This document shows, piece by piece, positions 11,566 through 21,119 of a stretch of DNA of 54,470 nucleotides. Numbering within the stretch: position 1 is the first letter of the stretch; each line of letters begins with the position of its first letter. The notes beneath the pieces were generated by a model that did not search any database, had not been told where the DNA came from, and worked only from the letters and a program-made list of their open reading frames with translations. The position numbers were made by a program, and so were the translations under genes. Source of the stretch: an uncultured Chitinophaga sp. (GTDB lineage: Bacteria > Planctomycetota > Planctomycetia > Pirellulales > UBA1268); assembly GCA_964567835.1 (NCBI GenBank), contig CAZMOU010000002.1, positions 13,804 through 68,273 on the forward strand. The letters are read 5' to 3'.

Positions 11566-12882
11566 TCAATCGGGCACCGTCACCGTGCAGATCTGGTTGT
11601 GTTCCCCCCCCGCCCCGCGATGCCGCCGCACGAACGCCACCGTCCGTCCGTCGGGCGCGAAGACGCACGCCTCCGGACGCGGCTCGGGTCGCACCGCGGC
11701 GTCGGTGAGACGCTCGATCGTGCCGTCGCGCATGTCCACCGTGCAGACGCATCCGTCGATGACGCACGCCACCCGGTCCCCCGCCGGGTTCCAGGTGAAC
11801 GCGCTCGAGACGCTCCCCGCGCCGCGCGTCACCTGCACCGGCGGGCCGCCGAGCGGACCGACGGTGAACAGCCGGACGATCCCCTCGTCGTCGCGGGCCA
11901 GGTAGGCGATCCGCGTGCCGTCGGGACTGGAGCGAAGCCAGTGCCGCGGACCCTGCAGCCCCGGGTGGACGCGGTCGGCGGTGAAGGTGAGACGGCGCTG
12001 CGACACCCCCGCCGGCGGTCGGGGTCTGGTCCGTGCGCCGCCCGCGATCGGACCGCCGCCACCGGCGAGGTCGAGCGCCCCGGCGGCGTCGGTCACGTCG
12101 GGGAGGTCGACGAGAAAGACCTCCGTGACCGGCCGGCCGTCGGAGCCGACGACGGTCCCCTGGAAGGCGAGGGCGCGCCGCTGCCGCGACCCGTCGGCGC
12201 GGCGGTATCCGTCGCTCCCCACCCAGGCCTCCTCGCAGGCGCGCGTCACGGCATCGCTGCCCGGGACGGGGGCGTCGTCGAGCTCCGTGACGAGGACGCT
12301 CCAGGCGTCGCCGGGATGGTTGCGGGGATGGGTGGCGGGAACCTCCACGCGCCTCCCGCACACGCTCACCCCGACGGCACGGAGGTTGCGCTCGGCGCCG
12401 TCCGGCGCGAGGCGCTCGAGGAACGCGTCCTCGTAGGTGAAGCTGACGAGCCGGCCGTCGGGGGAGAACTGGTGCACGTGCGTCCCGCCGCGGAGCGCCC
12501 CGGGCGTGAAGGGGGGGACGAGGTCGCGGGCATCGAGTGGCTCGGCGACGCCCGGCCGTCCGCAGCGCACGACCACCCCCCGCCGCCGCGACGCGCCGTA
12601 GGACCACTCGGCCGTGGGATGCTCGGGGCCGAGGATGAACACGATCCGATCGTCGACCGGACTCGCCGTGACGACGCCGCAGCAGGCTCCGTGCCGCGAC
12701 TCGTAGAGCACCTCCGTCCGCCCCGTCGCCACCTCCACGCGCTCGATCCGGCCGCCGTCGAACTCCGTCCCCGCGGCGTCCGAGCGGACGTCGTAGACGA
12801 TCCAGCCGCCGTCGTGGGTCCAGACACCGGCATTGGTGAGGACGTGGCCGTGGGGTGCGGAGGTGATGCGTCGCTCGTCCAT
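11566..12882 (-). CDS. DUF3748 (YidR-like) beta-propeller protein
   Basis: MDERRITSAPHGHVLTNAGVWTHDGGWIVYDVRSD...GRIERVEVATGRTEVLYESRHGACCGVVTASP...FILGPEHPTAEWSYGASRRRGVVV resembles the N-terminal pattern I recall for E. coli YidR. The stop is 23 bp upstream of the BNR gene start. Confidence 0.65.
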   Translation of the reverse strand: MDERRITSAPHGHVLTNAGVWTHDGGWIVYDVRSDAAGTEFDGGRIERVEVATGRTEVLYESRHGACCGVVTASPVDDRIVFILGPEHPTAEWSYGASRRRGVVVRCGRPGVAEPLDARDLVPPFTPGALRGGTHVHQFSPDGRLVSFTYEDAFLERLAPDGAERNLRAVGVSVCGRRVEVPATHPRNHPGDAWSVLVTELDDAPVPGSDAVTRACEEAWVGSDGYRRADGSRQRRALAFQGTVVGSDGRPVTEVFLVDLPDVTDAAGALDLAGGGGPIAGGARTRPRPPAGVSQRRLTFTADRVHPGLQGPRHWLRSSPDGTRIAYLARDDEGIVRLFTVGPLGGPPVQVTRGAGSVSSAFTWNPAGDRVACVIDGCVCTVDMRDGTIERLTDAAVRPEPRPEACVFAPDGRTVAFVRRHRGAGGEHNQICTVTVPD

Positions 12883-13230
12883 CGCTGCCTGGGCCGGTCG
12901 CCGGCCGGGGATCGCCCGGTGCCGACCGTGCCGGCCGGGAGGGGGATTCCGGAAACACGGGCGACCGGGAAATCGACTTGAGCCACCGACCCCATCCTGA
13001 CGAAACCACCTTCGTCGCCGGAGCGGTCCGGCCGACGCCACCACGGCAGGCCACCGGGGCCCCGCGGTGCAACCGAACTTCGAACACCCGGTCGCCGCGT
13101 TCCGTCGGTGGTGCCAAACCCGAAGCGTTGATCCGGATCCTCGAAAAGTCCGGGGCTCGCCCCTGACCCGGTCCGCATCATTCTCGCAGAGATCTACCCC
13201 GTTCGCAGGCGGCGACCTGTTCGATCCACG

Positions 13231-13272
13231 CGGGCCGTGGTGGCGCGAGCCACCACGGCCCGTTCTCTTTTT
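13231..13272 (+). terminator. Textbook Rho-independent terminator with no annotated gene upstream
   Basis: 14-bp perfect stem CGGGCCGTGGTGGC / GCCACCACGGCCCG (13231-13244 / 13249-13262) with a GCGA (GNRA) loop, then TTCTCTTTTT (13263-13272). The U-tract exists only on the plus strand. Confidence 0.6.
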
Positions 13273-13452
13273 CCCCGCTCCCGGGCCGTTTGCGACCCGG
13301 CTCGTCCCGCCGCTAGCATACGCCCGGTGTCGGGCGCCGCAGGGAGGGATGGCGACGCGGCGGGTCGGCGTGTCTCCGACGCCCGGATCGTGACCGACCT
13401 CCTCGGCACCGTCGATCCCGGCCCCCGACATGTCCCGTCAACGAGGTGTCCC

Positions 13453-14829
13453 TTGCGACGATTCCGTGCGCTTCTGGCCGTCACGCTGGCCGCCTGGCTC
13501 CCCATCGACGCCGCCGTGGCCGGCTGGTGGCACCGCCACCATCCCCACCCGATGCCGTTCGTCCCCGGGCCGATGCTCCCCTGCGGCGCTCCTCCCGCGC
13601 CCTGGGCCGGCTGGGGTGGTGCCGTCGTCATCGACGACCGTCCGCTCCATCCCCCCATGCCGGTCTTCTCCGCCCCGGCGCCGACGATCGTGGTGGGGCA
13701 TGCCGTGGAGACGATCCATGGCCATCCGCTGCACTTCGCGGAGGTCCCGGCGGGCGGAATCGTGGTGGAGGGATCGACGACCGGGGAATGGCCCACCTCC
13801 TGCGAATGTGATTCCGGCGAGGTCGTGGTGACCGGCGATGCCTTCCCCGTGTCGTCCGAGCACGCCGTCACGGTCGTCCCGATCGAGGTCGAAGCGGGCC
13901 TTCCCGCGGAGGCGTCCGGGGCGGTCGTGATCGACCACGGGACGGAGCCGGCGACGGCGACGGCACCGTCGCGGCAGGTGGAGACGGCGCCCGAGGCGCC
14001 GACCCCGCTCGAGATCCCCGACACCCGCGCCCCGGAGATCGCCCCCGCCCCGGAGACCGTGGCACCCGCCGGCAGCGCACCCGACTCGGTCCTCGAGCCC
14101 TGGGAGCCGACGACGGTGCAGGGCGAGAGCGGTGCCGCCGCGCTCGACGACGAAGGCTTCGAGCCACCGGCCGACGCCGCGATGGAGGCGACCGACGAGA
14201 CCGCCGAGACGATGGAGGAGGAGGGCTTCGAGGCGCCCGCGCCCCGCCCCGCTCCCCCCGCCCGGCCGCGGAACCTCTTCGACGAGGTGCCGCAGCGCGA
14301 GGTCCCCGCCGACCCCCCCGCGGGGGAGACGCCGCCGGCCGACGCGTTCGAGGCCCCGGCGGACGACGATGGCTTCGGCATCCCGGACGAGCCCCCGATG
14401 GACGAGGCACCCCCCGAGTTCCCGGCCGACGAGCCGACGATGGACGACCCGCCGGCCGACGAGGGAGGCTTCGAGGGTCCGGCCGACGAGCCGATGGACG
14501 ACGGGGGGGAGCCGATGGACGAGGAGGGGGTCCCCGCCGACGACGCGCCCCCCGCGGACGAGCCGGAATCCGCCGATCCGTTCGATTCCAGTTCCATCCG
14601 CACGCCCGACGAGCCGTCGCGGACGTGGCGCGACGACACCGGCCGTCATTCCACCGTGGGGCGGCTGGTGGAGATCCGCGCGGGTCACGTGCGGATCCTC
14701 AAGGCCAACGGTCGCCACACGACGGTGCCGATGGAGCGGCTCTCCGCCGCCGACCGGCGCCATGTGGCCGGTGTCAGGCAGGCGACGACCGTCCGCCCCG
14801 CGACCGGCGACACCGCCGGGATCCGGTGA
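13453..14829 (+). CDS. Secreted/anchored acidic low-complexity protein with C-terminal SHD1 (Sla1 homology 1) domain
   Basis: C-terminal RTWRDDTGRHSTVGRLVEIRAGHVRILKANGRHTTVPMERLSAADRRHV fits the SHD1 pattern seen in planctomycetal proteins. It is preceded by about 200 aa of D/E/P-rich repeats (EGFEPPAD, EGFEAPAP, DGFGIPDEPPMDE, GGFEGPADEPMDD). TTG 13453 gives MRRFRALLAVTLAAWL. The longest-ORF start (GTG 13237) lies inside the terminator hairpin. Confidence 0.65.
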   Translation: MRRFRALLAVTLAAWLPIDAAVAGWWHRHHPHPMPFVPGPMLPCGAPPAPWAGWGGAVVIDDRPLHPPMPVFSAPAPTIVVGHAVETIHGHPLHFAEVPAGGIVVEGSTTGEWPTSCECDSGEVVVTGDAFPVSSEHAVTVVPIEVEAGLPAEASGAVVIDHGTEPATATAPSRQVETAPEAPTPLEIPDTRAPEIAPAPETVAPAGSAPDSVLEPWEPTTVQGESGAAALDDEGFEPPADAAMEATDETAETMEEEGFEAPAPRPAPPARPRNLFDEVPQREVPADPPAGETPPADAFEAPADDDGFGIPDEPPMDEAPPEFPADEPTMDDPPADEGGFEGPADEPMDDGGEPMDEEGVPADDAPPADEPESADPFDSSSIRTPDEPSRTWRDDTGRHSTVGRLVEIRAGHVRILKANGRHTTVPMERLSAADRRHVAGVRQATTVRPATGDTAGIR

Positions 14830-14856
14830 AGATCGCCCGGATCCGCCCCTGCATCA

Positions 14857-14889
14857 CCACCCTGCCCCGGCATCCCCGGGGCAGGGTGG
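14857..14889. terminator. Hairpin between convergent SHD1 gene and pgk
   Basis: CCACCCTGCCCCGG (14857-14870) / CCGGGGCAGGGTGG (14876-14889) forms a 14-bp perfect stem with loop CATCC. There is no clear U-tract. Confidence 0.4.
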
Positions 14890-14920
14890 GATCTGTCGCT
14901 GACGACCGGCACGGGGCGCA

Positions 14921-16126
14921 TCAGCGCTCGTCGAGCACCGCCACCGATTCGAACGACTTGCCCTCGAGCATCTCGAGCGACGCACCGCCGCCGGTCGAGA
15001 CGTGGCTCACCTTGTCGGCGTAGCCGAGCTGTTCGACGGCGGCCGCCGAATCGCCGCCACCGATGATCGTCACCGCGCCGGTGGCGGTGGCCGCGGCGAC
15101 CGCCTCGGCGACGGCCCTGGTGCCGGCGTCGAACGGGGGCATCTCGAAGACCCCCATCGGCCCGTTCCACACCACCGTGCCGGCGGAACGGATGATGGAG
15201 ACGTACCGCGCGGCGGTCTCCGGCCCGATGTCCAGGCCCTCGAATCCATCGGGGATCTCCCCCGCCCTCACCACCTGCCTGCGCGCGGTGGGGGAGAAAT
15301 CGTCGGCGCAGTGCGTGTCGACCGGAAGGACGAGTTTCGTGCCGCCCGAGGCGAGGAGCTGCCTGGCGAGATCGACCTTGTCGGGCTCGACGAGCGACTT
15401 CCCCGTCCTCCCCCCCTGCGCCAGCGAGAAGGTGTAGGCCATCGCCCCGCCGATCAGGACGTGGTCGCAGATCCCGAGCAGGTTGGTGATCACGTCGATC
15501 TTGTCCGACACCTTCTTGCCGCCGAGGATCGCCACGAAGGGGCGCCGCGGACGGCCGATGGCGTCGGCCAGGTACGTGATCTCCTTCTCCACGAGGAATC
15601 CCACCACCGCGGGCTTCCCGTCCCCCTTCATCGCCACCGGGACCGCGTGCATGCTCGCCTCGGTGCGGTGGCAGGTGCCGAAGGCGTCGTTGACGTAGCC
15701 GTCGGCGAGGGCCGCCAGACCGGAGACGTAGGCGGCGTCGTCCCCCTTCTTCTCCCCCTTGTTGAAGCGGACGTTCTCGAGGAGGAGGACACCGCCCGCC
15801 GGCAGCGTCGCGAGCTTCGCATGGCTGTCGGGGCCACCGGTGTCGGAGGCGAGGGTCACCGGCGAGCCGAGCAGTTCGCCGAGGCGCTTCGCGACCGGAG
15901 CGAGCGAGAAGGCGGGCTCGTGCCCCTTGCCGGCGGGGCGGCCGAGGTGCGACATGAGCACCGCCCGGCCGCCGCGGTCGATGATCGAGCGGATCGTCGG
16001 CAGCGCCATGCGGATGCGGCGGTCGTCGGTGATCGCGCCGGAGTCGTCCTGGGGAACGTTGAAATCGACGCGCACAAGCAGCGTCCTGCCCCGGGGATCG
16101 ACGTCGGCGACGGTCTTCTTCGGCAT
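14921..16126 (-). CDS. pgk: Phosphoglycerate kinase
   Basis: 401 aa with [49 protein letters not shown] and STGGGASLE. Confidence 0.95.
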   Translation of the reverse strand: MPKKTVADVDPRGRTLLVRVDFNVPQDDSGAITDDRRIRMALPTIRSIIDRGGRAVLMSHLGRPAGKGHEPAFSLAPVAKRLGELLGSPVTLASDTGGPDSHAKLATLPAGGVLLLENVRFNKGEKKGDDAAYVSGLAALADGYVNDAFGTCHRTEASMHAVPVAMKGDGKPAVVGFLVEKEITYLADAIGRPRRPFVAILGGKKVSDKIDVITNLLGICDHVLIGGAMAYTFSLAQGGRTGKSLVEPDKVDLARQLLASGGTKLVLPVDTHCADDFSPTARRQVVRAGEIPDGFEGLDIGPETAARYVSIIRSAGTVVWNGPMGVFEMPPFDAGTRAVAEAVAAATATGAVTIIGGGDSAAAVEQLGYADKVSHVSTGGGASLEMLEGKSFESVAVLDER

Positions 16127-16232
16127 GGAGGGGTCCTCTGGGAGGGCGGAGGGGGTGGGCTTCGACGGGACGGGGTCGTCCCGCCCGTTGCCGCCGAATG
16201 TACCACCCGCCGCCGCCGCCCCGTCATGCCCG

Positions 16233-17666
16233 TCAGCCGAGGATGGGAAGCACGCGCCCCTCGTCGAGGAGGCCGTAGGGACGGCCGAGGGCGTCCTGCT
16301 CCTCGAGGTCGCGGATCCCCATCGCCTCGTAGACCGTGCGGACGACGTCGCCGGGCATCACGCGCTCCTCCGGGTACTCCCCCCGGGGGTCGGTGCGGCC
16401 GTGGACGGTGCCGCCGCGGACGCCGCCCCCGGCCATCACGACGCTCATGCAGGCGGTCCAGTGGTCGCGACCGGCGCCGGAGCGGCCCCCGGAGCGCGGG
16501 TCGCCGATGCGCGGCTTGCGCCCCATCTCGCTCGACACGACCAGGAGCGTGGTGTCGAGCAGGCCGCGGTCGGCCAGGTCGGCCACGAGCCCGGCGAACG
16601 CCCGGTCGAACTCGGGGAGGAGATTCTCCTTCAGGCAGGCGAAGTTGTTGGCGTGGGTGTCCCAGCCGCCGCCGCTGGCGCACTTCTTCGACACCGTCTC
16701 GTCCTCCTCCGACCAGAAGACGGTCACGAACGGCACCCCCGCCTCCACCAAGCGCCTCGCCATGAGCAGGCTCGTGCCGTTGATCGAAGGTCCGTAGAGG
16801 GCGCGGACGTGCTCCGGCTCGCGTCCGATGTCGAAGGCGCCGGCGGTCCCGGACGCCGAGAGGAGATCGAAGGTGCGCTGCTGCTGTCGCGTGTAGTCGC
16901 CGATCGACGCCTCGTGGTCGAGCACCCGGCGCAGGCCGTCGAGGCTGTCGAGGAGCCCGCGTCGATCGGCGAGCCTGGCGGCCCCGGCGGCGTCGAACGA
17001 CAGGTCGGGGACGGTGAAGCGCATCGGGTCGGAGAAGTTCCCCTCGAGGAAGAAGGGGTCGTGCTCCGGCCCGAGCCGGCCGGCGAACTGGCCGGGCCGC
17101 GTGTAGGGGGGCTTGCTCGGGCGGTAGGGGAGCGTGAACGTCTGGGGGAGCGCCGGATGGAGCGGCCGCCGCGACCCGACCACGCACCCCATCGACGGCC
17201 AGTCGTCCCCCATCGGACGGCGGTCGTTGCCCATCGTGCGGAAGGTCTGGTCCGGGGCGTGGCCGGTGAGGTTGAAGTAGTACCCGGCGTGATGGTCGCC
17301 GGTCGCGAGCCCAGCGTCGGTGACGCCGTGCACGAGGGCGAGGTGATGCCCCTGCCGCGCCGTGAGCGGCAGGTGCTCGCAGATCGCCAGGCCCGGGGCG
17401 GTGGTGGCCACGGGGCGGAAATCGCCCCGGAACTCGAGCGGCGCTTCCGGCTTCATGTCCCACATGTCGACGTGGGAGGACCCGCCGCAGAGGAAGAAGA
17501 GGATCGTCGAGCGGGCCCGCGCGCCGGACGGCGCAGCGGCGGCGCCGGCTCCCGCACCCGACGTCGACAGCCCGACAAGACCGGTGGCCGACGCCCGCAC
17601 GAGGGCGCGCCGGGAACAGCGTCCGCGGCCCGGAAAGACCGGTCTGGCTGCCTGGTGACCGCTCAT
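16233..17666 (-). CDS. DUF1501 domain protein (sulfatase-like fold, Tat signal)
   Basis: Twin-arginine [16 protein letters not shown], then [31 protein letters not shown] and RDHW. No DUF1549/DUF1553 partner gene is adjacent. Confidence 0.88.
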   Translation of the reverse strand: MSGHQAARPVFPGRGRCSRRALVRASATGLVGLSTSGAGAGAAAAPSGARARSTILFFLCGGSSHVDMWDMKPEAPLEFRGDFRPVATTAPGLAICEHLPLTARQGHHLALVHGVTDAGLATGDHHAGYYFNLTGHAPDQTFRTMGNDRRPMGDDWPSMGCVVGSRRPLHPALPQTFTLPYRPSKPPYTRPGQFAGRLGPEHDPFFLEGNFSDPMRFTVPDLSFDAAGAARLADRRGLLDSLDGLRRVLDHEASIGDYTRQQQRTFDLLSASGTAGAFDIGREPEHVRALYGPSINGTSLLMARRLVEAGVPFVTVFWSEEDETVSKKCASGGGWDTHANNFACLKENLLPEFDRAFAGLVADLADRGLLDTTLLVVSSEMGRKPRIGDPRSGGRSGAGRDHWTACMSVVMAGGGVRGGTVHGRTDPRGEYPEERVMPGDVVRTVYEAMGIRDLEEQDALGRPYGLLDEGRVLPILG

Positions 17667-17745
17667 CGCTTCGCTCCCCGCAATCGCCCCCCTGACCCGT
17701 GGAGGATACCCGGCGGACGGGCCCGGGGGGAGGCCGCGCGGAGGG

Positions 17746-18774
17746 TCACCCGATCCCCACCACCGCCTTGATCACGCCGCTGGCCGGGTCGAGGAGGGAT
17801 GGAAACGTGGCGATCGTCTCGTCGAAGGGGATGCGGTGGGTGATCCAGGGGGCGGTGTCGATCGCCCCCTCCTCGATCGCCCCGATGATCCTGGCGAAGT
17901 CGGCCGAGAGGGCGTTGCGGCTGGCGAGGACCGACAGCTCGCGGCGGTGCATCACCGGGGCGTGCGGGAAGGTCACCTCCGCCTGCGTGATGCCCACGTA
18001 GACGAGTCGGCCGCCGAAGGCACAGAAGGCCAGCGCCCCACCCATGCTCGCGGCGCTGCCGGTGGCGTCGACCACCACCTCGCAGAAGCGTCCGTCGGTC
18101 AGGGCTCGGATCGTCTCCACGTCCGCATCCCCGCCGGTGGCGAGCACCGTTTCGGCGATCCCCATCGAATCGCGCACGAAGGCCAGCCGCGCCGCGACCC
18201 GGTCCATGACGATCACCCGCGCCCCCGAGAGCCTCGCGAACTCGACCACCGAGAGACCGATGGGCCCCGCGCCGATGACGAGGACCGTCTCCGCCGCGGT
18301 CGGTCGGCCGCGGTCGACGGCATGGCACCCGATGGCGAGCGTCTCGACCAGGGCGTTCTGCTCGTGCGTCAGCCGGGGCGAGCGGTGGAGCTTCCGCGCC
18401 GGCACGGTGAACAGTCGCCGCAGCCCCCCGTCGCAGTGGACGCCGAGCGTCTGATGACGCTCGCAGCAGTTGGTGAGCCCGCGGCGGCAGGAGTGGCACT
18501 CCCGGCAGTTGATGTACGGCTCGACGCAACACCGGTCCCCCGGGGAGACGTCGCCGACGCCCGGGCCGACCGCGACCACCTCGACACCGAGTTCGTGGCC
18601 CGGGATCCGCGGGTAGCTGAAGTAGGGCATCTTGCCGAGATACCCGCCGTAGTCGGTGCCGCAGATGCCCACGGCACGGACGCGGACGACCGCCTCCCCC
18701 GCGCCCGGCGCGGCGGGCTCCGGGATGTCGATGACGCGGAACGATCCGGGCTTCTCCAGCTCGAGCGCTTCCAT
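17746..18774 (-). CDS. Zn-dependent medium-chain dehydrogenase (candidate L-galactonate 5-dehydrogenase-like)
   Basis: MEALELEKPG...AVGICGTDYGGYLG...GHELGVEVVAVGPGV...structural-Zn Cys cluster CRECHSCRRGLTNCC...VIGAGPIGL. GGAGG lies 6 nt before the ATG at 18774. The substrate assignment is inference only. Confidence 0.85.
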   Translation of the reverse strand: MEALELEKPGSFRVIDIPEPAAPGAGEAVVRVRAVGICGTDYGGYLGKMPYFSYPRIPGHELGVEVVAVGPGVGDVSPGDRCCVEPYINCRECHSCRRGLTNCCERHQTLGVHCDGGLRRLFTVPARKLHRSPRLTHEQNALVETLAIGCHAVDRGRPTAAETVLVIGAGPIGLSVVEFARLSGARVIVMDRVAARLAFVRDSMGIAETVLATGGDADVETIRALTDGRFCEVVVDATGSAASMGGALAFCAFGGRLVYVGITQAEVTFPHAPVMHRRELSVLASRNALSADFARIIGAIEEGAIDTAPWITHRIPFDETIATFPSLLDPASGVIKAVVGIG

Positions 18775-18800
18775 GGCGATTCCTCCGGCGATCGACCCGC

Positions 18801-19637
18801 TCAATCGGTCCCGAGACCGTACACGCGCACCGCGTTGCCGCCGCGGATCGCCGCCTGCTCGTCGGGGGAGAGCCGGGCGAGGAAATCGTCGACGATGCCG
18901 ACCACGTCCCCGTACGGCGCCGAGAGCGTGCACACCGGCCAGTCGCTCCCGAAGAGGAGCCGGCGCGGCGAGAAGGCCTCGAGCGCCGCTTCCATGTAGG
19001 GGACGAAGTCGGCACGCTTCCACTTCCCCCACGCCGCCTCCGTCACCATCCCCGAGAGCTTGCAAGAGACGTTCGGCGCGGCGGCGAGGGCCTCGAGATC
19101 GGCCCGCCAGGGATCGAACACCCCCTCGCGGATCCGCGGCTTGGCGAGGTGATCGAGGACGAACGGCTGCTCCGGAAAGCGCCGCACCAGCTCCGCGGCC
19201 GCGGGGAGCTGGACGGGGTAGAGGAGCAGGTCGTAGACCAGTCCGTGGGCCGCCAGGCGGCCGATGCCGCGCATGAACGCGTCGCCGAGGAGGAAGCGCG
19301 GGTCGGGCTCGTCCTGGACGACGTGCCGCACGCCGACGAACTTCGGCCGGGGGGCCAGCTCCGCGAGCTGCCGATCGACCTCGTCGCTCCGCAGGTCGAC
19401 CCACCCCACGACGCCGCGGATGAGGGGGGAAGCGGCGGCGAGATCGAGCAGAAAGCGGCTCTCCTCGAGCGACTGGCGGGCCTGCACCGCCACGGTGCCT
19501 CCGACGCCGGCGGCTGCGGCGAGGGGGGCGAGGTCGGCCGGCAGGTGGTCGCGTGCCAGCCGCTCCATCCCCGCGCCGATCCACGGATACTCCGCCGCGG
19601 AATAGTTCCAGAAGTGCTGGTGGGCGTCGATGCGCAT
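18801..19637 (-). CDS. Amidohydrolase-2 family sugar lactonase (L-fucono/L-galactono-1,5-lactonase-like)
   Basis: MRIDAHQHFW...VGVRHVVQDEPDP...FVLDHLAKP...CKLSGMVTEA...LFGSDWPV is the typical cog3618 lactonase pattern. Confidence 0.82.
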   Translation of the reverse strand: MRIDAHQHFWNYSAAEYPWIGAGMERLARDHLPADLAPLAAAAGVGGTVAVQARQSLEESRFLLDLAAASPLIRGVVGWVDLRSDEVDRQLAELAPRPKFVGVRHVVQDEPDPRFLLGDAFMRGIGRLAAHGLVYDLLLYPVQLPAAAELVRRFPEQPFVLDHLAKPRIREGVFDPWRADLEALAAAPNVSCKLSGMVTEAAWGKWKRADFVPYMEAALEAFSPRRLLFGSDWPVCTLSAPYGDVVGIVDDFLARLSPDEQAAIRGGNAVRVYGLGTD

Positions 19638-19662
19638 CGCCGGAGTCTCCGAGGGTCGGCGG

Positions 19663-20595
19663 TCAGTTGTTCTCGGGGAGACCCTCGAGGTGGCCGACGT
19701 TCTTCACCGGCGCGAAGATCCGCTGCACGTCGGCCAGGAGCGCCTCGTCGAGCGGCTCCGCGGCCCAGCGGGCCCAGTCACGGATGTTGGCGGGGTTGGC
19801 GCTGCCGGCGATCGTCGTCGCCACGCGGGGGTCGCGCAGTGCGTACTGAAGGGCCAGTTTGGCGATCGGCGTGCCGCGCGCCCGGCACACCGCGGCCGCC
19901 TCGCGGGCCGCGGCCTTCACCTCCTCCGGCTCCTTGAGCCAGGCGGGCAGGGGGGCGTCGGTGAGGAGGCGGGCGCTGAAGGGGCCGGCGTTCATCACCC
20001 CGATCCCACGTTCCACCAGCCAAGGGATCGTCTCGTCGGCGAAGCGGGTGTTCTGCAGCGTGTACTGGTTGTAGTTGAGGACGCAGTCGACGCGGGCCTG
20101 ATCGCAGACGAAGCGGAAGATCTTCTGCGGATAGCCGCTGAAGCCGATGAACCGCACCTTGCCGGCGGCACGGATCTTCTCGAGCGCGGGGATCGTCTCG
20201 TCGACCACCTGCTGCATCGGCACGAACTCGACGTCGTGGCAGAGGACGATGTCGAGGTGGTCGGTGCGGAGGCGGTGGAGCGAGACGTCGACGCTCTCGG
20301 CGACTCGGCGGCCAGAGAAGTCGAAATGGGCGAGGTCGTAGCGGCCGAGCTTCGTGCACAGGAGGTAGGAGTCGCGCGGCACCCCCTCGAGGGCGATCCC
20401 GAGGAGCACCTCGCTCATCCCGCGGCCGTAGAACGGGCTCGTGTCGACGAGATTCATCCCCAGGTCGAGCGCCGTGCGCACGCTCTCGAGCGTCTCGGCG
20501 AGCGTGACCCGGCGGAACTCGGCCCCCAGCGACGAGGCGCCGAAGGAGAGGATCGGGACCTCGAGACCGGTGCGGCCGAGCGTTCGCGTCTTCAT
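19663..20595 (-). CDS. Aldo/keto reductase (D-threo-aldose / L-fucose / L-galactose 1-dehydrogenase-like)
   Basis: MKTRTLGRTGLEVPILSFGASSLG...DTSPFYGRGMSE...LHRLRTDHLDIVLCHD...IGFSGY... Confidence 0.85.
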   Translation of the reverse strand: MKTRTLGRTGLEVPILSFGASSLGAEFRRVTLAETLESVRTALDLGMNLVDTSPFYGRGMSEVLLGIALEGVPRDSYLLCTKLGRYDLAHFDFSGRRVAESVDVSLHRLRTDHLDIVLCHDVEFVPMQQVVDETIPALEKIRAAGKVRFIGFSGYPQKIFRFVCDQARVDCVLNYNQYTLQNTRFADETIPWLVERGIGVMNAGPFSARLLTDAPLPAWLKEPEEVKAAAREAAAVCRARGTPIAKLALQYALRDPRVATTIAGSANPANIRDWARWAAEPLDEALLADVQRIFAPVKNVGHLEGLPENN

Positions 20596-20627
20596 GGGCG
20601 GGGGTCCCTTCTGGGCTCGGTCCGGCG

Positions 20628-21083
20628 TCAGGGGAACGTCCGACAGCCGAGCGTGAGGAGGAGATTCGCCCACGGGGCCCGGTCGGCGGTCTGGATCGTG
20701 AGCACGTGGTCGGCGGAGGCGACGGCCGCGTAGAAGTCCCACTTGAGGATCGGGACGAGTTCCACCGGCGAACCGGCGGCGGCGAGGATCCTCCGGTACT
20801 CGTCCCACACCGGCGGGTCGCCGGGGGTGGCGGCGGCGTAGGGATCGCTGCGGTCGATCCCCATCGTGTGCACCTCGTCGATCCGCACCGTGCCGAGGAT
20901 CGCGGCGAGCACCTGCGCCACCGTGGGGATGCCGGGGGAGAGCTGCAGCGAGACCAGCTCCGCGGCCGGACCCCGCTTGTTGAGCGCCGGGTAGTTGCCG
21001 TCGGCGACGAGCACCTTCGAGTGGTGCCCGGCGCGGGCCAGGACACGGAGGATGTCGGGATGGAGCAGCGGGGTCTCGAGCAT
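20628..21083 (-). CDS. RbsD/FucU family sugar mutarotase
   Basis: 151 aa: LLHPDILRVLARAGHHSKVLVADGNYP...RIDEVHTM... Confidence 0.82.
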   Translation of the reverse strand: MLETPLLHPDILRVLARAGHHSKVLVADGNYPALNKRGPAAELVSLQLSPGIPTVAQVLAAILGTVRIDEVHTMGIDRSDPYAAATPGDPPVWDEYRRILAAAGSPVELVPILKWDFYAAVASADHVLTIQTADRAPWANLLLTLGCRTFP

Positions 21084-21119
21084 GGGGGAAATCCTGCTGG
21101 ACAGGGGACAGGGGGAGCG

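Noticed and set aside
13143-13158. GAAAAGTCCGGGGCTC, which resembles the RNase P RNA CR-I motif GAGGAAAGUCCGGGCUC
   Set aside because: There are two insertions relative to the motif. It lies only about 75 nt before the terminator, so a 350-400 nt RNase P RNA cannot fit, and no CR-V-like partner sequence is nearby.
10328-13431. Long N-terminal extensions of the 929-aa and 621-aa minus-strand ORFs
   Set aside because: Upstream parts are Arg/Pro-rich nonsense overlapping the neighbouring gene. Protein-like sequence with a signal peptide or family motifs begins only at ATG 11542 and ATG 12882.
13237-13452. Longest-ORF start (GTG 13237) for the SHD1 protein
   Set aside because: The start codon lies inside the 14-bp terminator stem, and the first 72 codons are Arg/Ala/Pro-rich. 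TTG 13453, directly before a signal-anchor-like segment, is more plausible.
15759-17771. 670-aa plus-strand ORF
   Set aside because: It is antisense to pgk and the DUF1501 gene and has shadow-ORF composition.
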